From NCBI GenBank assembly GCA_036336835.1, contig JAYZFK010000062.1:1-64000 (forward strand): 64,000 nt of DNA, read 5' to 3'. The translations under genes and the position numbers were made by a program. Shown here one piece after another: positions 55,459-64,000 of this stretch. The notes beneath the pieces were generated by a model, which saw nothing but the letters and a program-made list of their open reading frames with translations, was not told the DNA's origin and searched no databases. This DNA comes from Myxococcota bacterium. Lineage in GTDB: Bacteria > Myxococcota_A > UBA9160 > UBA4427. Position 1 is the first letter of the stretch, and each line of letters begins with the position of its first letter.

Positions 55459-56660
55459 GCGCGACCCTCCGGGCAGCCATAAGGCTGCGCGAGGCCGGGC
55501 AAGTGCTTCGCGGACGCGACGAGGAAGAGGTGATCGGAGCGCTCGGGGAGCTGCTCGCGCGCTGGCGCGATCCCAACGGGCGCTGGCAGCAACGCCTCGC
55601 CTCGACGCTCTCGGCCGCCGCGGGTTTCTCGCGGCCCAACGTCCGCGAAGGCCTGTGCCTCGCACTCGCCGACTGGGACGAGGCGGCACTTCGCGAGCTC
55701 GTCGCACGCGAGCTCGGCGGCCGGAAGAGAGCGGCGCGACTCGGGCATCCGCTGACCTCGATCGTGTGCGCGGGCTCGATCCCGATGCCGACGCTGCTGC
55801 AGATCGTGCTGTCGCTGCTCGTTCGCTCTCCGACTCTCGTAAAGCCGGCTTCGCGAGATCCAGTGACGGCGAGCCTGCTCGCGGAGTCGCTTGGCGAGAT
55901 CGATGCCGCGCTCGCGGCGTGCGTCGAGGTGGTGCCCCTCGACACGAGTGACGACGCATCGGTGAAAAGCTTCCTGGCATCGGAGTGCATCGTGGCGAGC
56001 GGCTCGGATGCGACGATCGAGGTAGTGCGCTCGCAGCTCGCCCCCAGCCAGTGTTTCGTCGGCTACGGCCATCGCTTCTCGATCGCGGCGCTGGGACCGT
56101 CGGCGCTAGACGAAAGCGTGGCCGAGGCACTCGCTCTCGACGTCTCGCTGTGGGATCAGCTGGGTTGCATGTCCCCGGTCGCGATCTACGCGGTCGGCGG
56201 CGCTGCTCCTCGCCAGGTCGCGTTTGCACAGGCACTCGCGGGCGCGTTGGAGACTCGCGAGCGCGTGGCGCCGCGGGGCGAGATCGATGCAGCAAGCGGC
56301 GCGATCATGCGACACGAACGCGACGAAGCGCGCATGCGCTTTGCAGCGCTGGAGTCGGGACAGCTCTACGAGGGCGAGAACCTGCGCTGGACTGTCGTAC
56401 TCGAAGCCGACGCCCGGCCGCGGCGCGCACCGCTCCACCGCTTCGTGCGCATCCATCCCGTCGCCGATCTGGCCGAGCTCGAATCGGTGCTCGCGCCGCA
56501 GGCCTCTCGGCTGTCAACCGCCGCGCTCGCCGGGGTCGACAGCGAGGTCGCGGCGCTCGCGGGGGCCCGGATCTGCGCTCCCGGCGAGATGCAGCGCCCG
56601 CCCCTTGGAGCGCCTCACGACGGTCAGCCGCTTCTGATTCCACTGCTTTCAATACCTTAA
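55455..56660 (+). CDS. LuxC-like acyl-CoA/acyl-protein reductase
   Basis: CAGSIP, LVKPAS, VASGSDATI, GYGHRFS, WDQLGCMSP (catalytic Cys), PGEMQRP..HDG; GTGA coupling. Confidence 0.88.
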   Translation: MSATLRAAIRLREAGQVLRGRDEEEVIGALGELLARWRDPNGRWQQRLASTLSAAAGFSRPNVREGLCLALADWDEAALRELVARELGGRKRAARLGHPLTSIVCAGSIPMPTLLQIVLSLLVRSPTLVKPASRDPVTASLLAESLGEIDAALAACVEVVPLDTSDDASVKSFLASECIVASGSDATIEVVRSQLAPSQCFVGYGHRFSIAALGPSALDESVAEALALDVSLWDQLGCMSPVAIYAVGGAAPRQVAFAQALAGALETRERVAPRGEIDAASGAIMRHERDEARMRFAALESGQLYEGENLRWTVVLEADARPRRAPLHRFVRIHPVADLAELESVLAPQASRLSTAALAGVDSEVAALAGARICAPGEMQRPPLGAPHDGQPLLIPLLSIP

Positions 56661-56691
56661 CCCATTGAAAATACTCAATAAATAGTTAAAT

Positions 56692-56740
56692 AGAACCGAA
56701 TCAGTCCTAGATTTACAGGACCGAAATGGTCCGATATAGT
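56692..56740 (+). promoter_or_regulatory. suf promoter (TTTACA-N17-TATAGT) with two imperfect palindromic operators
   Basis: AT-rich island. Boxes AGAACC-N5-AGTCCT (56692-56708) and AGGACC-N5-GGTCCG (56717-56733); the second fills the -35/-10 spacer. Confidence 0.75.
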
Positions 56741-56766
56741 GCCCGCTCAGGGATCGGAGGTCCCCC

Positions 56767-57252
56767 ATGCTCAGACTGAGCAAGCTGACCGACTACGGCA
56801 TCGTGCTGCTCGCAAGGCTGGCCCGCGATGGGAGCCGCGAATCGCGTAACGCGCGCGAGCTCGCCGCGGGCACCGAGCTGCCGGTACCCGTCGTGTCGAA
56901 GGTGCTGAAGCAGCTGGCGCGCGGGGGTGTGCTCGAATCGCAGCGCGGAGCGCGGGGCGGCTACTCGCTGGCGCTACCGGCGCAACGGATCAGCGTCGCC
57001 GCGGTCATCGGCGCGCTCGAAGGTCCGGTCGCAATCACCGAGTGCGCGAGTGGCCCGAGCGTCTGCTCGCACGAGGGCACCTGCGCTGTGCGCGACCCCG
57101 TTCACGTCCTCAACAACGTCGTTCGCGAGGCCCTCGCAACCGTGTCGCTCGCCGACCTGATCGACCCCGCCTTCAGTGCGCTCGGCGACACCAGTGAATC
57201 GCTCCAGATCCTCGGCCGAACCCCGGCTCGCGCAGTCGTGGCGCCGGAGTAG
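56767..57252 (+). CDS. Rrf2-family SUF system regulator
   Basis: [31 protein letters not shown] (three Cys). Confidence 0.93.
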   Translation: MLRLSKLTDYGIVLLARLARDGSRESRNARELAAGTELPVPVVSKVLKQLARGGVLESQRGARGGYSLALPAQRISVAAVIGALEGPVAITECASGPSVCSHEGTCAVRDPVHVLNNVVREALATVSLADLIDPAFSALGDTSESLQILGRTPARAVVAPE

Positions 57253-57256
57253 CCGC

Positions 57257-58707
57257 ATGTCGACTGACCCGAATCTCGAGAAGCTGGCCAAGCAGCAGTA
57301 CAAATACGGCTTTACGACCGACATCGAGCAGGACCAGGCCCCGCCCGGTCTGAACGAAGACGTGGTGCGGCTGATCTCGGCCAAGAAGCGAGAGCCCGAG
57401 TGGCTCCTCGAGTGGCGCATCAAGGCACTGCAGCGGTTTCTCGAGCTGCTCGAGCAGGAGACGGAGCCCGGCTGGGCCAATGTTTCGTACCCGAAGATCG
57501 ACTATCAGGACATCATCTACTACTCGGCGCCCAAGCAGTCCAAGCAGATCGAGAACCTCGATGAGGTCGACCCGGAGATCCTCGAGACCTACGAGAAGCT
57601 CGGGATCCCGCTGGTCGAGCAGAAGCGGCTGCAGGGCGTCGCGGTCGACGCCGTATTCGACAGCGTGTCGGTCGCCACCACCTTCAAGGGCGAGCTCGAG
57701 AGGCAGGGCATCCTGTTCTGCTCGTTCTCCGAAGCGGTCACGAAATACCCCGATCTCGTCCAGAAGTACCTGGGCTCGGTGGTTCCCTACTCGGACAACT
57801 TCTTCGCGTGCCTCAACTCGGCCGTGTTCAGCGACGGCTCGTTCGCCTACATCCCCAAGGGCACGCGCTGCCCGATGGAGCTGTCGACCTACTTCCGGAT
57901 CAATGCGGCCGGTACGGGCCAGTTCGAGCGTACGCTGCTCATCGCCGACGAGGGCGCCTACGTCTCCTATCTGGAGGGCTGCACCGCGCCGCAGCGAGAC
58001 GAGAACCAGCTGCACGCTGCCGTGGTCGAGCTGATCGCGCTCGACGACGCCGAGATCAAGTACTCGACCGTGCAGAACTGGTACCCCGGGGACAAAAATG
58101 GCAAGGGCGGCATCTTCAACTTCGTTACCAAGCGGGGCGCCTGCCGCGGCAAGCGCAGCAAGATCTCCTGGACCCAGGTCGAGACGGGCTCCGCGATCAC
58201 CTGGAAGTACCCGAGCTGCATCCTGCAGGGCGACGACTCGGTCGGCGCGTTCTACTCGGTCGCCATGACGACGAACCATCAGCAGGCCGACACCGGCACG
58301 AAGATGATCCACCTCGGCAAGAACACCAAGAGCACGATCATCAGCAAGGGCATCTCGGCCGGGCAGGGGCAGCAGAGCTACCGCGGTCTCGTGCGCATCG
58401 GCCCCAGGGCAAGCGGCGCGCGCAACTACTCGCAGTGTGACTCGCTGCTGCTCGGCGACCAGTGCGGTGCGCATACCTTCCCCTATCTGGAAGTGAAGAA
58501 CGCGGACGCCACGGTCGAACACGAAGCGACGACCTCGAAGATCGGCGAGGACCAGCTCTTCTACTGCGCGCAGCGCGGAATTTCGCAGGAGGACGCGGTG
58601 TCGATGATCGTGAACGGGTTCTGCAAGGAAGTGCTGCGCGAGCTCCCAATGGAGTTCGCCGTCGAGGCCCAGGCGCTCCTCGGCGTCAGCCTCGAGGGCA
58701 GCGTAGG

Positions 58708-58711
<4 letters not shown>
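57257..58711 (+). CDS. sufB: Fe-S cluster assembly protein SufB
   Basis: [58 protein letters not shown]. Confidence 0.97.
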
Positions 58712-59464
<753 letters not shown>

Positions 59465-59472
<8 letters not shown>

Positions 59473-60727
59473 GCCCCGCTGGCTGCAGACGCTGCGCGGC
59501 GAAGCGCGCGCCAGCTTCGAGACGCTGGGTCTTCCGACCTCGCAGCTCGAGGACTGGCGCTATACCGCTCGCGCCCTGCGGCCGCTCGGCGAGCTCGAGC
59601 TCGAGTCCGCGGCCTGCGCGGAACCGTCGCCCGACCGCGGCGTGCTCGAGGAGATCGCTTCGCCGTTGTTCGCCTGCAGCGAGTTCGCCTTCGTCGATGG
59701 TCACTTCGACGAGGCGCTGTCAACGCCGCGCGGGCTGTCGGGCGATCTTCCGGTGCGCAGCCTGCGTGCACTGATCGACGACGAGTCGGACTCACTCGCC
59801 GGCGCGCTCGGCCAGCTCGCCAGGCCGAAGGAGGACGCGTTCGCCGCGCTCAACACCGCACACTTCGAAGATGGGGCGCTGGTCCACATCGCGCGCGACC
59901 GGGACATCGCGCAGCCGCTCCACCTCGTGTTCGTGACCCGCGACCGGGCGGATGGCAGCACGCATCCGCGCATTGCGGTTCGGGCCGAGGCCGGCAGCCG
60001 GGCGACGCTGATCGTCGACTTCGTATCGGCGGGAGACGGGCGGTGCTTCACCAATTCGCTGCTCGAGATCGACCTCGCGGAGAACGCCGAGCTCGATCTG
60101 GTGGTGCTGCAGCGCGAATGCAACGCGGCACTCCACGTCTCACGCACCTATGTTCGGCAGGGACGCGACAGCAGGCTGCGCGCGCACACGTTGACGCTCG
60201 GCGGTCGCAGCGTGCGCAACGATCTCGAGGTCGTACTGGCGGACGAGGGCGCCGAGGTCGTGCTGAACGGACTCTTCCTCGGTCTCGGCGAACAGCACAT
60301 CGACAACCACACCCTGGTCGACCACGCCGTCCCCCACTGCACCAGCCGCGAGCTCTACAAGGGCGTGCTCGCCGACCGGGCGCGGGGAGTGTTCAGAGGC
60401 CGTGTCGTCGTGCGACCCGACGCGCAGAAGACCGCTGCCGAGCAGTCGAATCCCAATCTGTTGATCGGCGATCGCGCCGAGATCGATACCAAGCCACAGC
60501 TCGAAATCTACGCCGACGACGTGCGCTGCAGCCATGGCGCGACGATCGGACAGCTCGACGAGGACGCGCTGTTCTACCTGCGGGCACGCGGCATCGCGAA
60601 CGACCCTGCGCGGCTGATACTGATCCAGGCCTTCGCAGCCGAGATCAGCGACGCACTGCCCGCCGAGGCGCTCGGCGAGCGTGTGCGCGAGATGTTCCTG
60701 CAGCGACTTGCCGGTGCCACGGCATGA
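59465..60727 (+). CDS. sufD: Fe-S assembly protein SufD
   Basis: EDWRYT, KPQLEIYADDVRCSHGAT, LFYLRARGI. Confidence 0.96.
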
Positions 60728-61950
60728 GTCCTAGCCTCGACGTCGACCGCGTCCGCAAGGACTTCCCGATCCTCGCGACCGAGGTACACGGCAAGCCGCT
60801 CGTCTTCCTCGACAGCGCGGCCAGCGCCCAGAAGCCCCGGCAGGTGATCGACGCCATCGCGCATCACTACGAGACGAGCTACGCGAACATCCACCGCGGA
60901 GTCTACCAGCTGTCGCAGGCGTCGACGGAAGCCTTCGAGCGCACGCGCGAGAAGGTCGCACGCTTCCTCGGTGCGTCCGATGCACGCGAGATCGTGTTCA
61001 CCCGCAACGCGACAGAAGGCATCAACCTGGTCGCGCAGAGCTGGGGGCGCAGCCAGCTGGGGGCAGGCGACGAGGTGCTCATTACCGAGATGGAGCACCA
61101 CGCCAACATCGTACCCTGGCAGATGCTGTGCGAGCAGACGGGCGCCTCTCTTCGCGTCGCACCGATCGACGACGCCGGAACGCTCCGTCACGGAGAGTTC
61201 GAGAGTCTGTTGTCGACGCGCACGAAGATCGTCGCCTTCACGCACGTCTCGAATGCGCTCGGAACCATCAACCCGGTGAAGGAGCTCACGACGCTGGCCC
61301 ACGAGCACGGTGCGATCGTGCTGATCGACGGCGCGCAGTCCGCGCCGCACCTCACCGTCGACATGCGAGAGCTCGACTGTGACTTCTTCGTCTTCACCGG
61401 CCACAAGCTGTTCGGCCCGAGCGGCATCGGGGTGCTCTACGGCAAGCTCGCCCACCTCGAGGCGATGCCGCCCTATCAGGGCGGCGGCGACATGATCGAG
61501 ACCGTGACCTTCGAGAAGACGACCTATGCGCCGGTGCCGCACAAGTTCGAAGCAGGGACGCCCGACATCTCGGGCGTCGTTGGGCTCGGCGCCGCCATCG
61601 ATTACGTCGAGCAGCTGGGGCTCGACGCGATCGCGGCTCACGAGCACGCACTGCTCGAGTATGCGACCGAACGGCTCGCGGCACTCCCCGGGCTGCGCCT
61701 CATCGGCACCGCGCCCGAGAAGGCGGCCGTCGCTTCCTTCGTGCTCGACTTCGCACACCCGCACGACATCGGCACGATTCTCGACCAGGAGGGCATTGCT
61801 GTGCGCACCGGGCACCACTGCGCCCAGCCGGTGATGGACCGCTATGGGCTCGCCGCCACGGCGCGAGCCTCGTTCTCGATCTACAACACCGAGTCCGATG
61901 TCGATGCTCTGGTCGCAGCGATCGGAACGGCACGGGAGCTGTTCGGCTGA
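60724..61950 (+). CDS. sufS: Cysteine desulfurase SufS
   Basis: LDSAASAQKP, EHHANIVPW, TGHKLFGP, FEAGTP, VRTGHHCAQP. Confidence 0.97.
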   Translation: MSPSLDVDRVRKDFPILATEVHGKPLVFLDSAASAQKPRQVIDAIAHHYETSYANIHRGVYQLSQASTEAFERTREKVARFLGASDAREIVFTRNATEGINLVAQSWGRSQLGAGDEVLITEMEHHANIVPWQMLCEQTGASLRVAPIDDAGTLRHGEFESLLSTRTKIVAFTHVSNALGTINPVKELTTLAHEHGAIVLIDGAQSAPHLTVDMRELDCDFFVFTGHKLFGPSGIGVLYGKLAHLEAMPPYQGGGDMIETVTFEKTTYAPVPHKFEAGTPDISGVVGLGAAIDYVEQLGLDAIAAHEHALLEYATERLAALPGLRLIGTAPEKAAVASFVLDFAHPHDIGTILDQEGIAVRTGHHCAQPVMDRYGLAATARASFSIYNTESDVDALVAAIGTARELFG

Positions 61951-62405
61951 TGCAAGACCTGCGCGAGCTCTACCAGAGCGTGATCCTCGATCACAACAAG
62001 GCACCGCGAAACTTCGGCGTGCTCGAGGGCGCGAGCCGCGAGGCGGACGGGCACAACCCGATCTGCGGTGACAAGCTCACGGTGTACGTGAGCGTCGACT
62101 CCGACGACCGGATCGACGACGTTCGCTTCCAGGGATCGGGCTGCGCCATCTCGACTGCCTCGGCCTCGCTGATGACCGAGTTCGTGAAGGGCAAGACGCT
62201 CGATGAGGTGGGCCGGACGTTCGGGCAGTTCCACCTGCTCGTCACCGGCCCGGCCACCGAGCCCTCCCACACGGACGGCCTGGGTAAGCTCGCCGTGTTC
62301 GCCGGCGTACGCGAGTTTCCGATGCGCGTGAAGTGCGCGACGCTGTCCTGGCATACTCTGAACGCGGCCCTCGAGCAAAGCTCCGAGACGGCCAAGACCG
62401 AGTGA
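61950..62405 (+). CDS. sufU: SufU (NifU-like sulfur acceptor)
   Basis: LYQSVILDH, NPICGD, GCAISTAS, RVKCATL. Confidence 0.95.
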   Translation: MQDLRELYQSVILDHNKAPRNFGVLEGASREADGHNPICGDKLTVYVSVDSDDRIDDVRFQGSGCAISTASASLMTEFVKGKTLDEVGRTFGQFHLLVTGPATEPSHTDGLGKLAVFAGVREFPMRVKCATLSWHTLNAALEQSSETAKTE

Positions 62406-62409
62406 CACT

Positions 62410-62760
62410 ATGAGCGAAGTCAGCAACCATCCTGCGACCCCCGACGGCCCGCGATCGCCCGAGCAGCTGCGCGAGGACGTGATCGAGGCGATCAAGACCT
62501 GCTACGACCCCGAGATCCCCGTCAACATCTACGACCTCGGCCTGATCTATCGGATCGAGGTGCGCGAGGCCAACGCGGTCCAGGTAGAGATGACGCTCAC
62601 CTCGCCGATGTGCCCGGTGGCCGAGACGCTGCCACCTGAGGTCGAGGACAAGGTCCGAAACGTTCCGGGCGTCAGCGGCGTCGAGCTCGATCTCGTATGG
62701 GAGCCTCCGTGGAACCTCGACATGATGAGCGAGGCTGCACGGCTCAGCCTGAACATGTAG
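62410..62760 (+). CDS. sufT: SufT / DUF59 Fe-S assembly factor
   Basis: YDPEIPVNIYDLGLIY, MTLTSPMCP, VWEPPW. Confidence 0.93.
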   Translation: MSEVSNHPATPDGPRSPEQLREDVIEAIKTCYDPEIPVNIYDLGLIYRIEVREANAVQVEMTLTSPMCPVAETLPPEVEDKVRNVPGVSGVELDLVWEPPWNLDMMSEAARLSLNM

Positions 62761-62771
62761 TCGGCGCTCGC

Positions 62772-63896
62772 TTGCTGCCCATCGGCTCCGCGGCCTTCCT
62801 GCTCTTCGGCGTCCTGCTCGTGGTGCTCGGAGCCTGCCACAGCGGGCTTGCGAGCTCCCTCGAGCTCGATCACACCGCCTTCGGACTGCTCGGCTCCGCG
62901 CTCTCGGCGGGCATCGCGGTCGGCGTGCTGGTCGCGGGGCCGCTGGTCGATCGCTATCCGCGACGGCCGATCTTTCTGGCTTCGACACTGATCGTCGCGG
63001 CGGCGGTCGGCAGTGTCGCGACGGGCATGTCGCTCGGCCGAGCGCTGCTGCACGTGGCGGCGATGGGCCTGGGCGCGGGCATCTTCGACACGCTGCTGAA
63101 CGCGCTCACCGTCGAGCGTTGGCGCGAGAACTCGGTGCGCCCAATGGCGTGGCTCCACGCCATGGTCCCCGTCGGCGCGATCGCCACCCCGTGGCTCGTG
63201 AGCCAGACCGGCGGCGCAGAACAATGGGTGGACTTCTTCCACGCGATCGGTGCTGCCTTCCTCGCGCTCTCGGCCTGGGTCGCACTCACCAGGCTGCCGA
63301 GCCCCGCGAGTCGTGCTGCAACAGGCGATCGCGTCGGTTGGGCGCCGTTCTTGCGGCCGGCGTTCGTCGCTCTGTGCGTCGTCGGGCTCGCCTATGTCGG
63401 GGTCGAGGCCGCGTTGACCCTGTTCGCGGTTGCGTATTCGACCGCCGGCCTCGAGCTCACCGAAGCGCACGGACAACGAGCAATCAGCGCGATGTGGCTC
63501 GGCATCCTGACCGGACGTCTGCTCTTGATGCTGACCCGGGGCAGCGCCGACGCACGCGCGATCGCCCTGTCGGGCCTGGTCGCTGCCAGCCTGATCGCGG
63601 GGGGTACCTGGCTCGGCCTGCCCCACGTCGAGCTCCTCATGGCTGCGTGTGGGCTCGCACTGTCGGGCGTCTTCCCGCTGATGGTCGCCCTCGCCGGACA
63701 GCTGATACCGCAAGCTCCGGGCAAGGCCGTCGGACTCGTCGCCGGGCTCGGCTCGTTGGGAGGCCTCGTCCTGCCGCCGCTGACCGGAGCCATCGCCGAC
63801 GCGACGCAGATTTCCATCGCGATGGGCAGTCTCGCCGCCTGGTGCGTGCTGATCAGTGCCGCTGGCCTAGTCGCGTATCGCCGCCAACCCTCCTAG
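62772..63896 (+). CDS. MFS transporter (FucP-like)
   Basis: GPLVDRYPRR, YVGVE, GVFP; about 12 hydrophobic segments. Start uncertain (TTG 62772 used). Confidence 0.85.
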   Translation: MLPIGSAAFLLFGVLLVVLGACHSGLASSLELDHTAFGLLGSALSAGIAVGVLVAGPLVDRYPRRPIFLASTLIVAAAVGSVATGMSLGRALLHVAAMGLGAGIFDTLLNALTVERWRENSVRPMAWLHAMVPVGAIATPWLVSQTGGAEQWVDFFHAIGAAFLALSAWVALTRLPSPASRAATGDRVGWAPFLRPAFVALCVVGLAYVGVEAALTLFAVAYSTAGLELTEAHGQRAISAMWLGILTGRLLLMLTRGSADARAIALSGLVAASLIAGGTWLGLPHVELLMAACGLALSGVFPLMVALAGQLIPQAPGKAVGLVAGLGSLGGLVLPPLTGAIADATQISIAMGSLAAWCVLISAAGLVAYRRQPS

Positions 63897-64000
63897 CACT
63901 CCGCTGGCGGCGCCGTCAGGAAGCTGAGCCAGCCGGCTCTGCGTTTCCCGCAGCGCGTCAGGCCAGCGCACCGGCTCGGCGTGCAGAATCGAGAGCATCG

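Noticed and set aside
53066..56660. Bioluminescence (lux) locus
   Set aside because: No luxA/B/D/G adjacent; the LLM genes in the window are distant and of F420-type or divergent subfamilies.
63958..64000. Possible 3' end of a minus-strand gene (..DALDSARRAGALA*)
   Set aside because: Too short to assign a frame or function.

Overview
High-GC (roughly 65-70% by eye), gene-dense bacterial chromosome segment with about 61 protein-coding genes. Gene content (DUF6178, PDZ-GAF sensor kinase, F420-type LLM enzymes, mitochondrial-type aconitase, histone-fold protein) suggests a Myxococcota/deltaproteobacteria-like organism, but that is inference. I found no rRNA, tRNA, CRISPR array, transposase or prophage gene. 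Recognisable modules: aldehyde:ferredoxin oxidoreductase plus MoaD; nadE followed by a sugar-modification operon; a DAG-kinase/queuosine-salvage/permease operon; aconitase; HpnM/MlaC, MlaA and a serine palmitoyltransferase; GH31; a HelD-like helicase; bcp-gcvR; folK-YkoF-cysH; an aminotransferase-LuxE-LuxC operon; and a complete Rrf2-sufBCDSUT operon. Most notable observations: (1) a ~540-nt ORF-free, heavily base-paired minus-strand region (about 4320 to 3779) with its own TTGACA-N16-TAGCTT promoter and three mutually crossing long-range helices, a candidate large ncRNA I cannot assign to a known family; (2) a 71-aa bacterial histone with a Lys/Arg-rich N-terminal tail and a structured leader; (3) a luxAB-less aminotransferase/LuxE/LuxC operon, a putative acid-to-aldehyde-to-amine pathway; (4) an aldo-keto reductase/Fe-S protein with an internal twin-arginine motif after two TM helices; (5) pervasive leaderless-type promoters. 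All calls come from reading motifs by eye; no database search or RNA folding program was run.
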